This document shows, piece by piece, positions 19,701-29,800 of a stretch of 64,000 nt of DNA. The DNA is from a virus. The translations under genes and the position numbers were made by a program. The stretch's first letter is position 1, and each line of letters begins with the position of its first letter. The stretch lies in IMG/VR virus record IMGVR_UViG_3300022744_000022, positions 17,933-81,932 of that record; one strand, 5' to 3'. Under the pieces are notes generated by a model, which saw only the letters and a program-made list of their open reading frames with translations, did no database searches and was not told the DNA's origin.

Positions 19701-21854
19701 CAACTGAGCCTGTTCCCGGACAAGGCGTCCCCCAAGTTCAGCTACGGCGGTCGATCCCTGCCCAACCAATTCGCCCCCTACCTGTGGAATCAATCGGGTG
19801 GCGAAACCTCAACGATGGTTGGGCAGTACCTGCGGATCGATGATACCTCAGCCCTAGATGGCCTCGTGTATTACCTGGACGACCTGGAGTTGGTCTCGTC
19901 CCCGAACCGTGTCGTGGGATCGCTCACGGACTACGCCATAGAGTTCCGTACGCAGGTCCAGAGCTACACGCCGGACATGGTTGGCTACTGCGGCGTCATG
20001 ACCTCGGTCTATGACAGCTCACGATCCGTAGGGATCATGCTGGAGGACGTGGCAGGCACCCGGTACGTCACGCTTCACTCGGATGGCACCCCGGTTGTGG
20101 GCGGCCAGTTTGCCTTCGACTGGTTCGACGGCAAGTTCCACACGTACCGTGCAGTCAAGGCTACGGTTGGAAACCTCGTAAGTCTATTCATTGATGGGGC
20201 CTTTGTGGGGTCCACGTCCTACGGCAACTTTACGGTCCCCACCCCTTCTCTGACGGGTCTTGTGTCGTTCGGCTCAGCTACCCCGCTCAGCGTTCAAGCT
20301 CGGTCTTCTGCGTTGTGGGCTTACGCTAACTTCTGGCGCATCAACCCAGACTACGCCACGGACCCTGTGACAGGCTACAGGCGGTACTGCGGCCTTTGGA
20401 AGGGCTATGATTCGGATTCGTTGACGGGCTACCACTTGCCGCTTCGTACGGCGGGCCGAATGGCTCAAGTCGCTGGCAACGTTCTTACGGATCTCAACGC
20501 GGACTTTGTGACCAGCGGCGTTGTGGTTGGAGATCGCGTTGTGATCGACAATGGCCCCAACAAGGGCGTCTACGATGTGGCCTCGGTGGCCCCGACCATC
20601 TTGACTGTTTTGGGTGCCTTCCCAGTGCAGCCCGCAGGCGTGGACTACCGGGTAGTGTTAGAGACCGATTGGTCTGTGCCGCACCAGTACCGCATCGTGA
20701 AGGACCCTGGAGGCGGCGTCTCGGTCTTCCTGGACACGAACACTGCACCGCTCATTCATGCGGACTACAGTGCCGTGGACCTGCCCCCGAGCACCGCAGG
20801 CGTTGCCTGGACGGTATCGGGTGCGCTGCCTTCGATCTTGTGGGGCGCTTTCGATCCCACCAACATCTCTCAGACTTCGTGGGATTACGTGCGGCTTGGG
20901 GCAGTCCGGTCGGTTTCCGAACTCGGGATCGTCCCGCATCACCAGGTCTTGAACCAGCGCAACGTGATGGCTTCGTTCGAGCACCACAGGACGAGCATCC
21001 CGCACGCCCACACGGATTTCTGGTCGGAGTCTGAGGGGATCCCGCCGCAGACGGAGCCTGATCTGCTTCGAGACCCCAATCTCGTGGCGTACACGCTGCT
21101 CAACGACTCGACCCCGTTGGTCCCCTCAACGCAGACCTACGAGGTTCGCAGCCCGACTCCTGTGTTGGTTTCGACCGTAGGGCTCAATCGGCCTGAGGAC
21201 GTGTTGGGTAGCCAAGCCTTCTTGCTGAACAACGCATCGCAGACGATCCAAATTTTGGTTCCCGACGACGTGCTCTACAACTCGCTGCAAGTCATCGAGA
21301 GTGCTATCGGGGACCCCGACCTGATCTTCCCGTTCGATGACGAGTGCCAGCCCAGCTTCGGCCCACTGTTCTTCCAGAAGGAAGTGTGTCTCACCTACGA
21401 TGGCTCGGTGCTGCCCGAGAATGACCTGACAGCCATCACACCGTGGACCCGAGTCAGTGACGACGACTCGCACCAGTTCGCCTCTGCCTTCTCGGGCGTC
21501 TTGACCTACGGCACCGATGCCACCGGCACCCGGACCACGTACCGGAACAACTCCCCGTTGCCCGACTCCATCGGGCTCGAAACTGAGGTCAAATTCCGCC
21601 TCAAGCTGCTCCTGGACTCAACGGGCGGTCTCGGGGACTCCCAAGTCCGCGTCGGCTTCTCCAGCCCAGGTGTAACGGTGGGCTTGGCTTTCGTCACGAC
21701 ACCGCTGGGTGAACGTTATGTCCTGGCTGTGGACCTCAACAACGGGCAGACGTTGGGCGGTATCCCCTTCGATTTCTACGATGGCGCATATCACGACTAC
21801 CGCTTGGTGCGTACCCCTGGGTTGGACAACATCCGAATCTTCATTGATGGCTGA
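16773..21854 (+). CDS. Large tail/baseplate protein with Ig-like domains and about four ConA/LamG-like lectin repeats
   Basis: Big_5-like ITFSDTM...YEVTG...DIAGNPM; repeats Y..xxLPE...PW (x4) and DW/F...H.YR.VK/R (x4). Confidence 0.7.
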   Translation: MLVNSNGTTLEVLFGSPLGFQGSTVPSNYRVFAGPGAVPVGVQAVTPLYTEYQSGVGFVGHADDGALRGSATFRAEADYLTPGPQARVAMRGSATLVASPAYVQTVLTRRFTPTGVYAPIGVGDYISLQSAANSVSFARVLDVHPDGTLILDRDLFAVDPDNGAIAWTHTSALEGVSLEINKPTNDGEYTLEVHGLQDTSGAPYRDTQDFTAVSAKPQVVGAVQLPEGQIVITFSDTMRVDFALLSPNEYEVTGPSLVLVKTVQTVAPHQVMLTTVGMATGAYQVTVNAAGTPHDIAGNPMDPVFNQAVFTGSPALASRSVYVNKGPITKPTLVLQTGATATINSPTQLTLPTANITAAHVGLYIALTGSTINAGTFKITQRVSATVVKVAASFSLPDPVNGTIGWQLQDPRNGEIADNPTDVVVRVNSLPVVPEAVIGLLGQIVLPTVPSPTDTVDVDYCWVCNPVVDFRRLNSQEFRLNNWNRDNGRPADSSRHKYRYNNTLIQPDTFLSLSPEELTGTATFPTSTTLNDVGGQFLTTIQTASFVTITSGPNSGVRRQIVTVFSNTLLILDAPLLSLIGGTYRIDPVDLRAEVAQPQQRDLKYRAYERAYSVALNDPNLLLLNSPNHKIAFPPMARQLQSTFVNYQATVLPEADPVAPWERHGSGTAVIAGTDLVVIDASSGPSPTGNPIFWSRPIDLTFDHVFAIAWRMMIDAVPLAQGVWTGIAAGYSDDEKAVVIGFLEDAGVKKIGVLKAGAGNDPSDITAWTGGLDGSGNPTGVPMDLDWSILHSYRVFRSRTGIITFYVDGSITPSLQVVPDDLPYLEELNAPFNELQGAFFGSLSREAENTSTWSFVRYTAIPINPKQTAPSIYVSYEGTTPPESASQPWTPVGFHGTETIIASDFLLLDSTSATDLPSSSAAGLISGDFKGFARIEPLLAESYDTVLDVNVALRTFTHGITPNAVMAAVDDGSRLIQLSLFPDKASPKFSYGGRSLPNQFAPYLWNQSGGETSTMVGQYLRIDDTSALDGLVYYLDDLELVSSPNRVVGSLTDYAIEFRTQVQSYTPDMVGYCGVMTSVYDSSRSVGIMLEDVAGTRYVTLHSDGTPVVGGQFAFDWFDGKFHTYRAVKATVGNLVSLFIDGAFVGSTSYGNFTVPTPSLTGLVSFGSATPLSVQARSSALWAYANFWRINPDYATDPVTGYRRYCGLWKGYDSDSLTGYHLPLRTAGRMAQVAGNVLTDLNADFVTSGVVVGDRVVIDNGPNKGVYDVASVAPTILTVLGAFPVQPAGVDYRVVLETDWSVPHQYRIVKDPGGGVSVFLDTNTAPLIHADYSAVDLPPSTAGVAWTVSGALPSILWGAFDPTNISQTSWDYVRLGAVRSVSELGIVPHHQVLNQRNVMASFEHHRTSIPHAHTDFWSESEGIPPQTEPDLLRDPNLVAYTLLNDSTPLVPSTQTYEVRSPTPVLVSTVGLNRPEDVLGSQAFLLNNASQTIQILVPDDVLYNSLQVIESAIGDPDLIFPFDDECQPSFGPLFFQKEVCLTYDGSVLPENDLTAITPWTRVSDDDSHQFASAFSGVLTYGTDATGTRTTYRNNSPLPDSIGLETEVKFRLKLLLDSTGGLGDSQVRVGFSSPGVTVGLAFVTTPLGERYVLAVDLNNGQTLGGIPFDFYDGAYHDYRLVRTPGLDNIRIFIDG

Positions 21855-21862
21855 GGTAAGCT

Positions 21863-22366
21863 GTGAGCACCTATACGTACAAACGGGCCGGACGTTACCT
21901 GGAGCTTGACAAGCTTGAAGATGCGTTGAGCGCCCTGGAGATGTTGCAGCGTCAGGCGCAGTACGCCAAGGCCCCCTCGGAAGCTAGGGATCTGGCTCAG
22001 GCCATCGCGCTAGTGAAGAAGACGCAGCCCTTCTTCGAGCAGCAGTCCAAAGGTTTGGAAGGGGCTGCTCAAGAGCTGGTTATCAAGCTCTCCGAAGCGT
22101 TGGAGCGCACAGGTCGAAAGCTGAATCATTCCTGGGTTGAGTACCCGAAGATCACAATCTCGTATGCGGTCTCGGATATGCCCCGAAACCCGCCGGATGA
22201 TGATGGACCAGGTGACGCGGCTTTCTGGAATCAAGTCCTGCAAGAACAGAAGGAAGCACTTGCTGTGGTCAAGAAGGTGACGGACCACGCACGCAATGTC
22301 GTGGACGTGGATGTCCGGCGTGCGGACAAAAACATCTTCCACGTTGAAGTTAAGATGGCTGGCTAA
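21863..22366 (+). CDS. Hypothetical protein with N-terminal YTYKRA motif
   Basis: GTG start with GAGG upstream; 167 aa, charged and helical, unlike the flanking beta-rich structural proteins. Confidence 0.7.
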   Translation: MSTYTYKRAGRYLELDKLEDALSALEMLQRQAQYAKAPSEARDLAQAIALVKKTQPFFEQQSKGLEGAAQELVIKLSEALERTGRKLNHSWVEYPKITISYAVSDMPRNPPDDDGPGDAAFWNQVLQEQKEALAVVKKVTDHARNVVDVDVRRADKNIFHVEVKMAG

Positions 22367-23595
22367 TGGTTGACTTGATCGGACCTTACGGTAGTGGCGA
22401 GTACGGGGCAGGACCGTATGGTTCTGCGTACCCTCCGTACGGTATCGAGTCGGCGACTGCGCTCTCTCCAACCCTGGTTCGAGTCAGGTACACAGCGCTC
22501 TTTGACGCGGCTTTCCTGCCGCTAGTGTCCCCTGCCAACTACTCGATCTTTCCGGCGCTGACCATCCACTCGGTCATCATTGAGAGTGCGCAGACCGTTC
22601 TGTTGATCACGGATCCGCAGGACGAGATCGTCTATACGGTTACGATCTCAGAAGCCAAGGGGTACTTCGGTCAACCCCTGGATCCGAACCTAGACGAAGC
22701 GAACTTTCTAGGTGTCCCGGAATCGCCTACATTTTTCGCAGTTGCGACTCGTAAGAACCGCGTCCGTGCTGTGTTCACGGAAGCGATGCTCCAGAATTCG
22801 TTCCTGACTGATCCGTCGCAGTACGTCCTCACAGATCTAGACAACAACCCTATCCCGATTTTGACTGTAGAGGCGGAGCAGGCCTCGAACGTCCGTTCTA
22901 CGGTCTTGACGCTCGGAACGGATCTTACGGATGAGCGGCATTACCGTCTCACCACCTTAGGCGGGATCGTCACAGCTACGCTCAAGATCCTGGTGCCCGA
23001 TACTTCGGTGTTCCAGTTCGTAGCGAACCCGCAAACTACGGCCATCCCGGTAGGCCAGTTCTCGGGTGAGGTGCAGAACGGGCTTTACGGGATCCACGGC
23101 GGGCTCGTGTTCTTCTCGCCCGCATTGGTCAACTCGGCAGCCAACTCCATCATTCAGGTGGAAGAAGTCGATGTCTGCACCCGGGCCTACGATGAGTATC
23201 ACCCGCCGCAGCCCTTGGATCCGCCGGTGCTCTACACGTTCGGGGGCGGCCTTGTTCCGGTACCGGCCACGACTCTCAACGCCCCAGCGGTTCTTTGGGC
23301 GGCCTTTCCACGGCTTGTGGACGCCACCTTCGAGCTGCGGGACGTGCAGGAAGACACGCTGCCCACCCCGTTGGACGGGTCCTGCGAACTGACGCTACAG
23401 GAGCCTTGGGACCCCACCTATGTGGCGTTGCTCAACAACACGAACTGGAAGCTGTTCGACAACCTGGGCAACCCTCCTGCGTACTTCATCACGGCGGCAA
23501 ACCTGGCCCCGATCCCGCCAGGCGGCACGACCTACCACATTCTCAAGATGACATTCCCGGGAGAAGCCAGCGTTAGCGCCACCGCTACCCCGTGA
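22366..23595 (+). CDS. Virion protein with Ig-like repeats
   Basis: GPYGSGEYGAGPYGS N-terminus; two repeats of VRV.Y/F....L..P..Y. Confidence 0.65.
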   Translation: MVDLIGPYGSGEYGAGPYGSAYPPYGIESATALSPTLVRVRYTALFDAAFLPLVSPANYSIFPALTIHSVIIESAQTVLLITDPQDEIVYTVTISEAKGYFGQPLDPNLDEANFLGVPESPTFFAVATRKNRVRAVFTEAMLQNSFLTDPSQYVLTDLDNNPIPILTVEAEQASNVRSTVLTLGTDLTDERHYRLTTLGGIVTATLKILVPDTSVFQFVANPQTTAIPVGQFSGEVQNGLYGIHGGLVFFSPALVNSAANSIIQVEEVDVCTRAYDEYHPPQPLDPPVLYTFGGGLVPVPATTLNAPAVLWAAFPRLVDATFELRDVQEDTLPTPLDGSCELTLQEPWDPTYVALLNNTNWKLFDNLGNPPAYFITAANLAPIPPGGTTYHILKMTFPGEASVSATATP

Positions 23596-23604
23596 TCGCT
23601 GTGG

Positions 23605-23616
23605 TTTTCTCTTATG
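23605..23616 (+). promoter_or_regulatory. Candidate late-promoter motif TTTTCTCTTATG
   Basis: Intergenic; matches 8419-8430; followed by a hairpin (23628-23652) and AAGGAG SD. Confidence 0.4.
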
Positions 23617-23656
23617 GGCTGACTAGTTTGGCAAGGGGCTGCCCTTCGCCAAGGAG

Positions 23657-24307
23657 ATGAAGATGAAAGGGATCGAATCATTCGGGAAGGCTGGCGAGAA
23701 AGCCCCCGCGTTTGCTGTACGTAGCGTGAATCAAGAAGACTTCGGCTACTACATTCGCGGCGACGTTTTCTTTACCCTTCGCGATGGCCAGACCGGCGAG
23801 ATCCAAGAGGAGCGTGAGCTTCGGAATCTTGTGGTCATGGATGCCTCGATCCTGATCGCCCGGCTCATGAAGGACCCGGCGGAACCCCCGCACGGCATCT
23901 ATGCTCTTGCGGTTGGTACGGGTGACGTGGGTTGGAACCCGATGGCCCCTCCGGCCCCGACGGTGACACAGCGGTCGCTCTACTCGGAGTTGGCTCGCAA
24001 GACGTTTGCGAATACGCAGTTCATTGATGGGGCTGGCGTCCCCACCGCGATTCCCACGAAGGTCGTGGACTTTACCACCACGTTCGCTGAGTCCGAGGCG
24101 GTTGGACCGCTCGTGGAGATGGGGCTGCTTGGCGGCAACATCAGCACGAACATGAGCGTGAAGAACCCGGTGCTTCCTCCGAACGGGCCGTACAACCCAG
24201 CGGTGGACCTGACGCTCTACGATACCGAGGTTAACTACCTCACGTTCCCGGTGATCAACAAACCCCCTACATCCACCCTCACGATCGTGTGGCGTCTCAC
24301 GTTCTGA
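23657..24307 (+). CDS. Tail-collar/fibre-attachment-like protein
   Basis: NLVV...LAVGTGD...LYSELARK...ESEAVGPLVEMGL...TFPVINK...LTIVWRLTF pattern. True start may be ATG 23663 given SD spacing. Confidence 0.7.
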   Translation: MKMKGIESFGKAGEKAPAFAVRSVNQEDFGYYIRGDVFFTLRDGQTGEIQEERELRNLVVMDASILIARLMKDPAEPPHGIYALAVGTGDVGWNPMAPPAPTVTQRSLYSELARKTFANTQFIDGAGVPTAIPTKVVDFTTTFAESEAVGPLVEMGLLGGNISTNMSVKNPVLPPNGPYNPAVDLTLYDTEVNYLTFPVINKPPTSTLTIVWRLTF

Positions 24308-24328
24308 AAATTAGGGTGAGGGCTAGGC

Positions 24329-26899
24329 ATGACTAAGAACTTCGGTCCCGCAGTTAGTGGTTACGATGTCCCGGAAGGTCGGGCTTGGGAGACGGTTGTC
24401 TTCGAGTCTGGGAAGCCGGTTCTCGACCGCGAGCTGAATCTCAGCCAGGACGTGGACGGGGGTTCGGCACAGGCCGTCTTGCGGCGTTCCACGCCTTCGG
24501 GCTGGATCTCCGACGATTTCGTGGGGACCTCTAGTGCGGTGGGGGCTATCTTCTCGCCTTCGGCTGTAGCGGACACGCTTGAGATCCCCAATGCGTTGGT
24601 GGCTCACGTCAACGGTTGGCTACTCAAGATCCAACACACGAACATCACGGGCTCCAATCAAGTCACGTTGGGTCCAGGTCCTGTGGGGCTCGGGGCACAG
24701 CGTACCGACATGGTTGTGCTTGAGGTCTGGCGTCGCCTGATCTCTGCTGCCCCGAGCACCGTGGGCAAGTCGGCTACGGCGCGTATCTGGCAGCAAGGTA
24801 ACGTAGCGACCGACCCCGCCAATGACTTGGTGCTGAACTACCCGGATGACCTTCTGGACACGAACGTTGGCGCAGAGACGACCAAGCGAGTTCAGATCCA
24901 ATACCGGCTTCGGTGCATTCAGAACGTCAACGTCATCGCGTTTCCCTATGGGCTCAACGACCCGGCAGTTGTGGCGAACTCCGTGCCTCCGAGTGCAGCT
25001 TTTCCGGACGGCACTGCCACGGTTTTCCCCTACGTGAACCAGTCGGCCTCGGGGGATCCGGGCCTCTGGATCGCCGGTGACGGTAACCCGGCCAACACGC
25101 TCGGAACCGTCGATGGGTACATGTACTGCATCCCGCTCTTGGCTGTGTTTCGTCGCAACCAAACGGGCTTTGACCGTCGGCTCAATCAGAACGGTGGCGT
25201 AGCTTCGCCCGGCCCCTCGGACCGCCCGGATGGCCTCTTTCAAGACATCATCGTGGCTGAGGACATCTTGGATCTTCGGTCGGGTGTATCGCCCTCGGGT
25301 TGGTCCCTTCCGGAGCTGCTTGAGAAGAACGTCAATTTCCTGCTCGACAACACGTTGCGCACGGAGATCACCGATACCTCACCGGACGGCGGCGGCTGCC
25401 GTGGCACCACTGTGTTCGTTGCGAACGAAGTTGGTGTGCTCCCAGGTAACGGCGTCACCACGGGTGACACAGGGGCGGGTCCGTTTTTTGGGCAGTTTGA
25501 CTCGGTTCGTCGGCGCTTTTCGGATCGTTCGATCTTCGAGACCGTGACGGTGGTGGTTCCGGCTCCTGGTGGTGGTTGGCTGCCTGGTTCGGTGGTCACC
25601 ATAGATCCCACGGCACTCGCGCCCTACCCTTACCCAGCGTTCAACTGGTCAGCCTATGCACCAGCCGATGTTCGCTTTCTCGATGTGCTGCGCGCTCAGT
25701 ACGTGGGGGCTGCACCCCCTCTCAAGACTCACGATGCCTTGAATGACATCGATTCGATCGAGAACTTGGGGGCGGGACCTATCCTGCCTCTGGTCATCAC
25801 CATGGACACCCCGTCGGGCGGCGTCACAACAGAGCCCCTGCATGTGACCCTAGTGATCGGGTACCCGACTGGCGTTGGGTTGGCCACGACTCCAGTGGCG
25901 GACTACGGAGCCAATAGCTTCGCGTTCACGACTGCTCCGCCGTCCGCGTTGCTGCCCACCTCTTTCAGTGCCGTGGCGAACCAGGCTTTTGATTACGCAC
26001 ACCGTGAAGTCCAGCTTGAGTACACGACGGTTTCGATTTCGTTTGCGGGTTCTGCGGACACAAGCGGGCCCACCACAACGCTCTACTTGCCCGAGCGGGC
26101 ACAGACCGTAACTTCGATCCTGATCAACGCGGTCCCGGTATTCGGTTCCACATTGGATGTGACAGGTCGGATCATCACGTTGGCGGCCCCCACGGCACCT
26201 GGCGATGACTTTGCGGTCACCTACACGGCTGTGCGTCCGATGCCCCAGGCCAACGTGCAGATGAATGTGTACTACCGGACCGCTGCCCCGCAGACAGCCC
26301 GCAACGCCCTTCTGACCGGCAGTCTGACGGTCGTGCCCAAGGTCACGAGCCCCTTGATGTACGCGCTCACGACGGGCTCTGGGTCGCAAGACGAGGGGTA
26401 TCCGCTGCCCTACGCTTACGTGCAATCCGGCGGCATTTTCCCGAGCAACCTGGCGACGTACTCGGGAGAATCGGAGCTGTCGGGTCGTGCGGAGATCTCG
26501 GTCGCGGATTTCAACGCGGATACCGGCTTGTTGAAGCTCCCGGTCTATGTGCCGATGGTTGCCAACCCTGAGTCCTTGGTGTTCACCCGGGGTTTGGGTG
26601 ACGTGGACGTTGAGGGTCGAACGTACTTCAAGACGGTTCCACCCGGGTACGTGCCCAACGCCTACTCGCAGGACTTGAGCAATTCGGATCGTCACAAGGA
26701 CATCTACCCGCTTTTAGCGGAGTTGGCGGCGGACGGTCCCCTGGGTTTCAAGGGGCAGCTCGTTCTCATCCTACTCATTCGATATGCCGCCTTTGATGAA
26801 ACCAACGGCGTCTATTTCGATGCTGACTTGAACGCCAACACGACGACTGCAAGCGTCTTCCGCATCAAGGGCAACTTGCTCAGCAAGAGAGCTTCGTAA
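24329..26899 (+). CDS. Baseplate/tail-fibre anchor protein A
   Basis: N-terminal VVFESGKPVLDRELNLSQD motif typical of baseplate-attached fibre proteins; paralogous to 36658..41004. Confidence 0.7.
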   Translation: MTKNFGPAVSGYDVPEGRAWETVVFESGKPVLDRELNLSQDVDGGSAQAVLRRSTPSGWISDDFVGTSSAVGAIFSPSAVADTLEIPNALVAHVNGWLLKIQHTNITGSNQVTLGPGPVGLGAQRTDMVVLEVWRRLISAAPSTVGKSATARIWQQGNVATDPANDLVLNYPDDLLDTNVGAETTKRVQIQYRLRCIQNVNVIAFPYGLNDPAVVANSVPPSAAFPDGTATVFPYVNQSASGDPGLWIAGDGNPANTLGTVDGYMYCIPLLAVFRRNQTGFDRRLNQNGGVASPGPSDRPDGLFQDIIVAEDILDLRSGVSPSGWSLPELLEKNVNFLLDNTLRTEITDTSPDGGGCRGTTVFVANEVGVLPGNGVTTGDTGAGPFFGQFDSVRRRFSDRSIFETVTVVVPAPGGGWLPGSVVTIDPTALAPYPYPAFNWSAYAPADVRFLDVLRAQYVGAAPPLKTHDALNDIDSIENLGAGPILPLVITMDTPSGGVTTEPLHVTLVIGYPTGVGLATTPVADYGANSFAFTTAPPSALLPTSFSAVANQAFDYAHREVQLEYTTVSISFAGSADTSGPTTTLYLPERAQTVTSILINAVPVFGSTLDVTGRIITLAAPTAPGDDFAVTYTAVRPMPQANVQMNVYYRTAAPQTARNALLTGSLTVVPKVTSPLMYALTTGSGSQDEGYPLPYAYVQSGGIFPSNLATYSGESELSGRAEISVADFNADTGLLKLPVYVPMVANPESLVFTRGLGDVDVEGRTYFKTVPPGYVPNAYSQDLSNSDRHKDIYPLLAELAADGPLGFKGQLVLILLIRYAAFDETNGVYFDADLNANTTTASVFRIKGNLLSKRAS

Positions 26900-29800
26900 T
26901 GCCATCTACAAGAGACCCCGTAGCAGTTGTTCAGCCCGGTCCTGGTCGTCTACCGGCCAATACGGTTCCGGCCAACGCTTTGATCTTCCCGCCCGGCGGG
27001 GGGTCGAGTGCTGCCTTGACGGCGCACATCACGGACCCCGTGGGTGCTCATGCTGCTACCGCGATCTCGACCACGGCGGGTCCTGCGTGGCTCGATGGTA
27101 ACCCGAACGCTGCGATCACGGCACAAGCTCGTATCGATGAGATCATCGCTGATCTCATCGCAAATCAGGGCTCAAACCGTACGGGCCAACCGGGCTTTGC
27201 CGGTAACACCTGGAACGTTGCAGCCGGGGCTCTCTCGACAGCGCTCACGGAACTCTTTGAGAGTGCCAATGCTCGTCCTGCTTGGGTTCTTGATGCGAAC
27301 CCGGCAGCAAAGGGTGACTTCGTTGGGCCCAACGCTTTGATCAGTGCGGTGGCTGCTGGCTTCTATCTGACGGAGCGCCCCACGTTGTTCTTGCGCCCAG
27401 GTACCTACAACTGGACCGATCCATCCGCCACTGCGCTTGATGCTGTTACGATCATTGGCGGGAACAACGTCACCATTCAGAATCTCGCAGGCAACATGCG
27501 CTGTGGTATTCTGACCCGAATCTCTAATGTTCAGATCCAGTTGTCGGGTAACCTCGTGTTCGGCGGGGCGGGCTTCTGTGAACTACGGAACGTCAATCTA
27601 CTCGTAGGGGGTGAGGTTCAGGTCAACCCCTCTAGTGTCTTGAACTCTTTTGAGCACGTGTACGGGAACTCGCCGCAGTTCTTCAAAGTCGAAGCTCCGC
27701 GAACCATGATTCGCGACTACTCGAACTGTCAGGTTCGGCTCCTTCCAACGGCTACGGATTGCGTGGTGGGCACGGGTTCTGTAGTGGCCGCAGGCCTCAA
27801 GTACAACAACCTCCCGGCTCTTTCAGTTGAAAGCGCGCGTAACAGCATCCAAAGCGTGGCGCTATCCGGCAACCTTATTGCGGGTATGCTCGCAAACTGG
27901 GTTGAGATTTCTGGAGACAGCAACACTGTCTCGCAGCTCTCCTTGTTGAATGTGCCTGCGGCGGCGGGTGGTAATAACGCGATTTGGGTGTCGGGCCACA
28001 ATAACACCCTAGACGCGGTATCGCTCTCAACGATGAGCGGCTACATCTTCCCGTTGTTCCAGGTGGGTGGTGGTGTCTCAACGGCAAGCGGTAACGTTGT
28101 AACGAACCTGAAACTAGACGCGGTTTCAGGGGCACTCGACGATATCATTCGCTTGGACGGTACTAGTAATTCGATTGACGGAATTGAGATCGCCACTGTC
28201 ACAACCCCAGCGGCGAACCAGCATGCGCTGTTGGTTGTGGGTACCTCGAATAAGGCGACCCAGGTTCGCTGCACCGCCTTCACAAGCTTCAATGGCGCTC
28301 TGGTCAAGATGTCCGGAGTCAACGGTGTGGTGGAAGGCGTCACTGCCTCGTCGATGACGACCCCCGCTGCGAACTTCTCGGCGGTGGATATCTCTGGGGA
28401 AGGCTGCACCGTACGTGACGTGCGGGTGCAGGGGCTCACGTCTCTGCCGTCAACCTCAACGCTATTCAACGTGGGCAGTCTTTGTGAAGACTGCCGCCTT
28501 GAGAACGTACTGATCTCGTCTTCGATCACCCCCTCTGGCAAGTACCTGGTGCTGGCCGGGGAAGCGAACGTCGTAAAAGACTTCAAGGTGTCTTCGCTCG
28601 ACATCATGCAGGTTGGTTTTGAGTTGATCGCTATGTACGGCGTCAACTGCCAGCTCAGCGGCGTGCAGATCGATTCATTCTCGAACAACGCCGGGGCCAC
28701 CGCTGCGTTCATGACCCTCAACGGTCAGAACATGATGGTCGAAGGTGTGTTCTTCTCAGGCCTGGGGACTGCTGCAAGTCTCACTCTGCCTTTGGTGCGT
28801 TTGACCGCAAACTCCTCGGGGACTTTGCGTAACGTGCGAGCGGATGGTGGCACGTCTGTGCTGAGGACTGCGGAGTTCTTGACCATCGCTCCTGCGGTAA
28901 CGGTTGGACAATGGTCAATCGAAGACTGCTACGCAGACATGACCGACAATTCTTCCAACGCCATCACGATGGTGGGGGCGTCGGCATTTTTCATGGCCAT
29001 CAAGGACTCTACTTTTAGAGCCCGTGGTGATGGGGCGGTAGGGTCTAGCGCCACGGTCTTCATGCAAGACATGGGGTTCGTGGAGTTCCGAAACGTCTAT
29101 ATTGAAGCTACTGAGGGGCATGCCACAGCTTTCCCCAACTGTGCAGTCACCCTGGATAAGGTCGCGATCAGTGGCGGTAACGGTGCCCCCAATGCAGGTC
29201 GGCAGTTGTTCCACGGGTCTGGTTACGCTGTGACTAACATGGCCGGTACGACAACCAGCCTACCGTTAGTGTTGCGGGACGTGGTTTTTTCTGTGGGTAC
29301 GTCAAATGTTAACACTCTGAGTTTGGGTGATCCCACCCTCTTTTTTGGCGGGCAGGGTTCAGCAGCGCTGTCCAACCACGGGCCTATTGAGGCGACCGGG
29401 TTGCAGGTCATGTCAGGGGGTCTCTCGAACTGGAATCGTAGCTCTATCGTTGCTGTTGATCTGGCTTCTGTTGCTGCGGGTACGGCACCGAGCGCGTTCC
29501 AGAACGTGACGATCAATCTGGGCAATCTCAGTTGGGTGGCCTCTGGCACCCACACAGGGGCGTCCACGGGCAACATCACTGCCTACGCTTTTCCGAACCA
29601 GACGATTACTGGGTTGACGGGGATGACCGCTTCCATGGTGGGGCGCTATTTGACCGTCAGCGGGGCGGCTACGGCGGGTAACAACGGTCAGTTCCTGATC
29701 AATAGCTTCACCAATGCTACGACTGTTGTGGTGACGAACAACTCAGGTTCGGGCTCGGACGCCAATGACGGCGCTCTTGCGTGGTCTGTAGCTGGATCTC

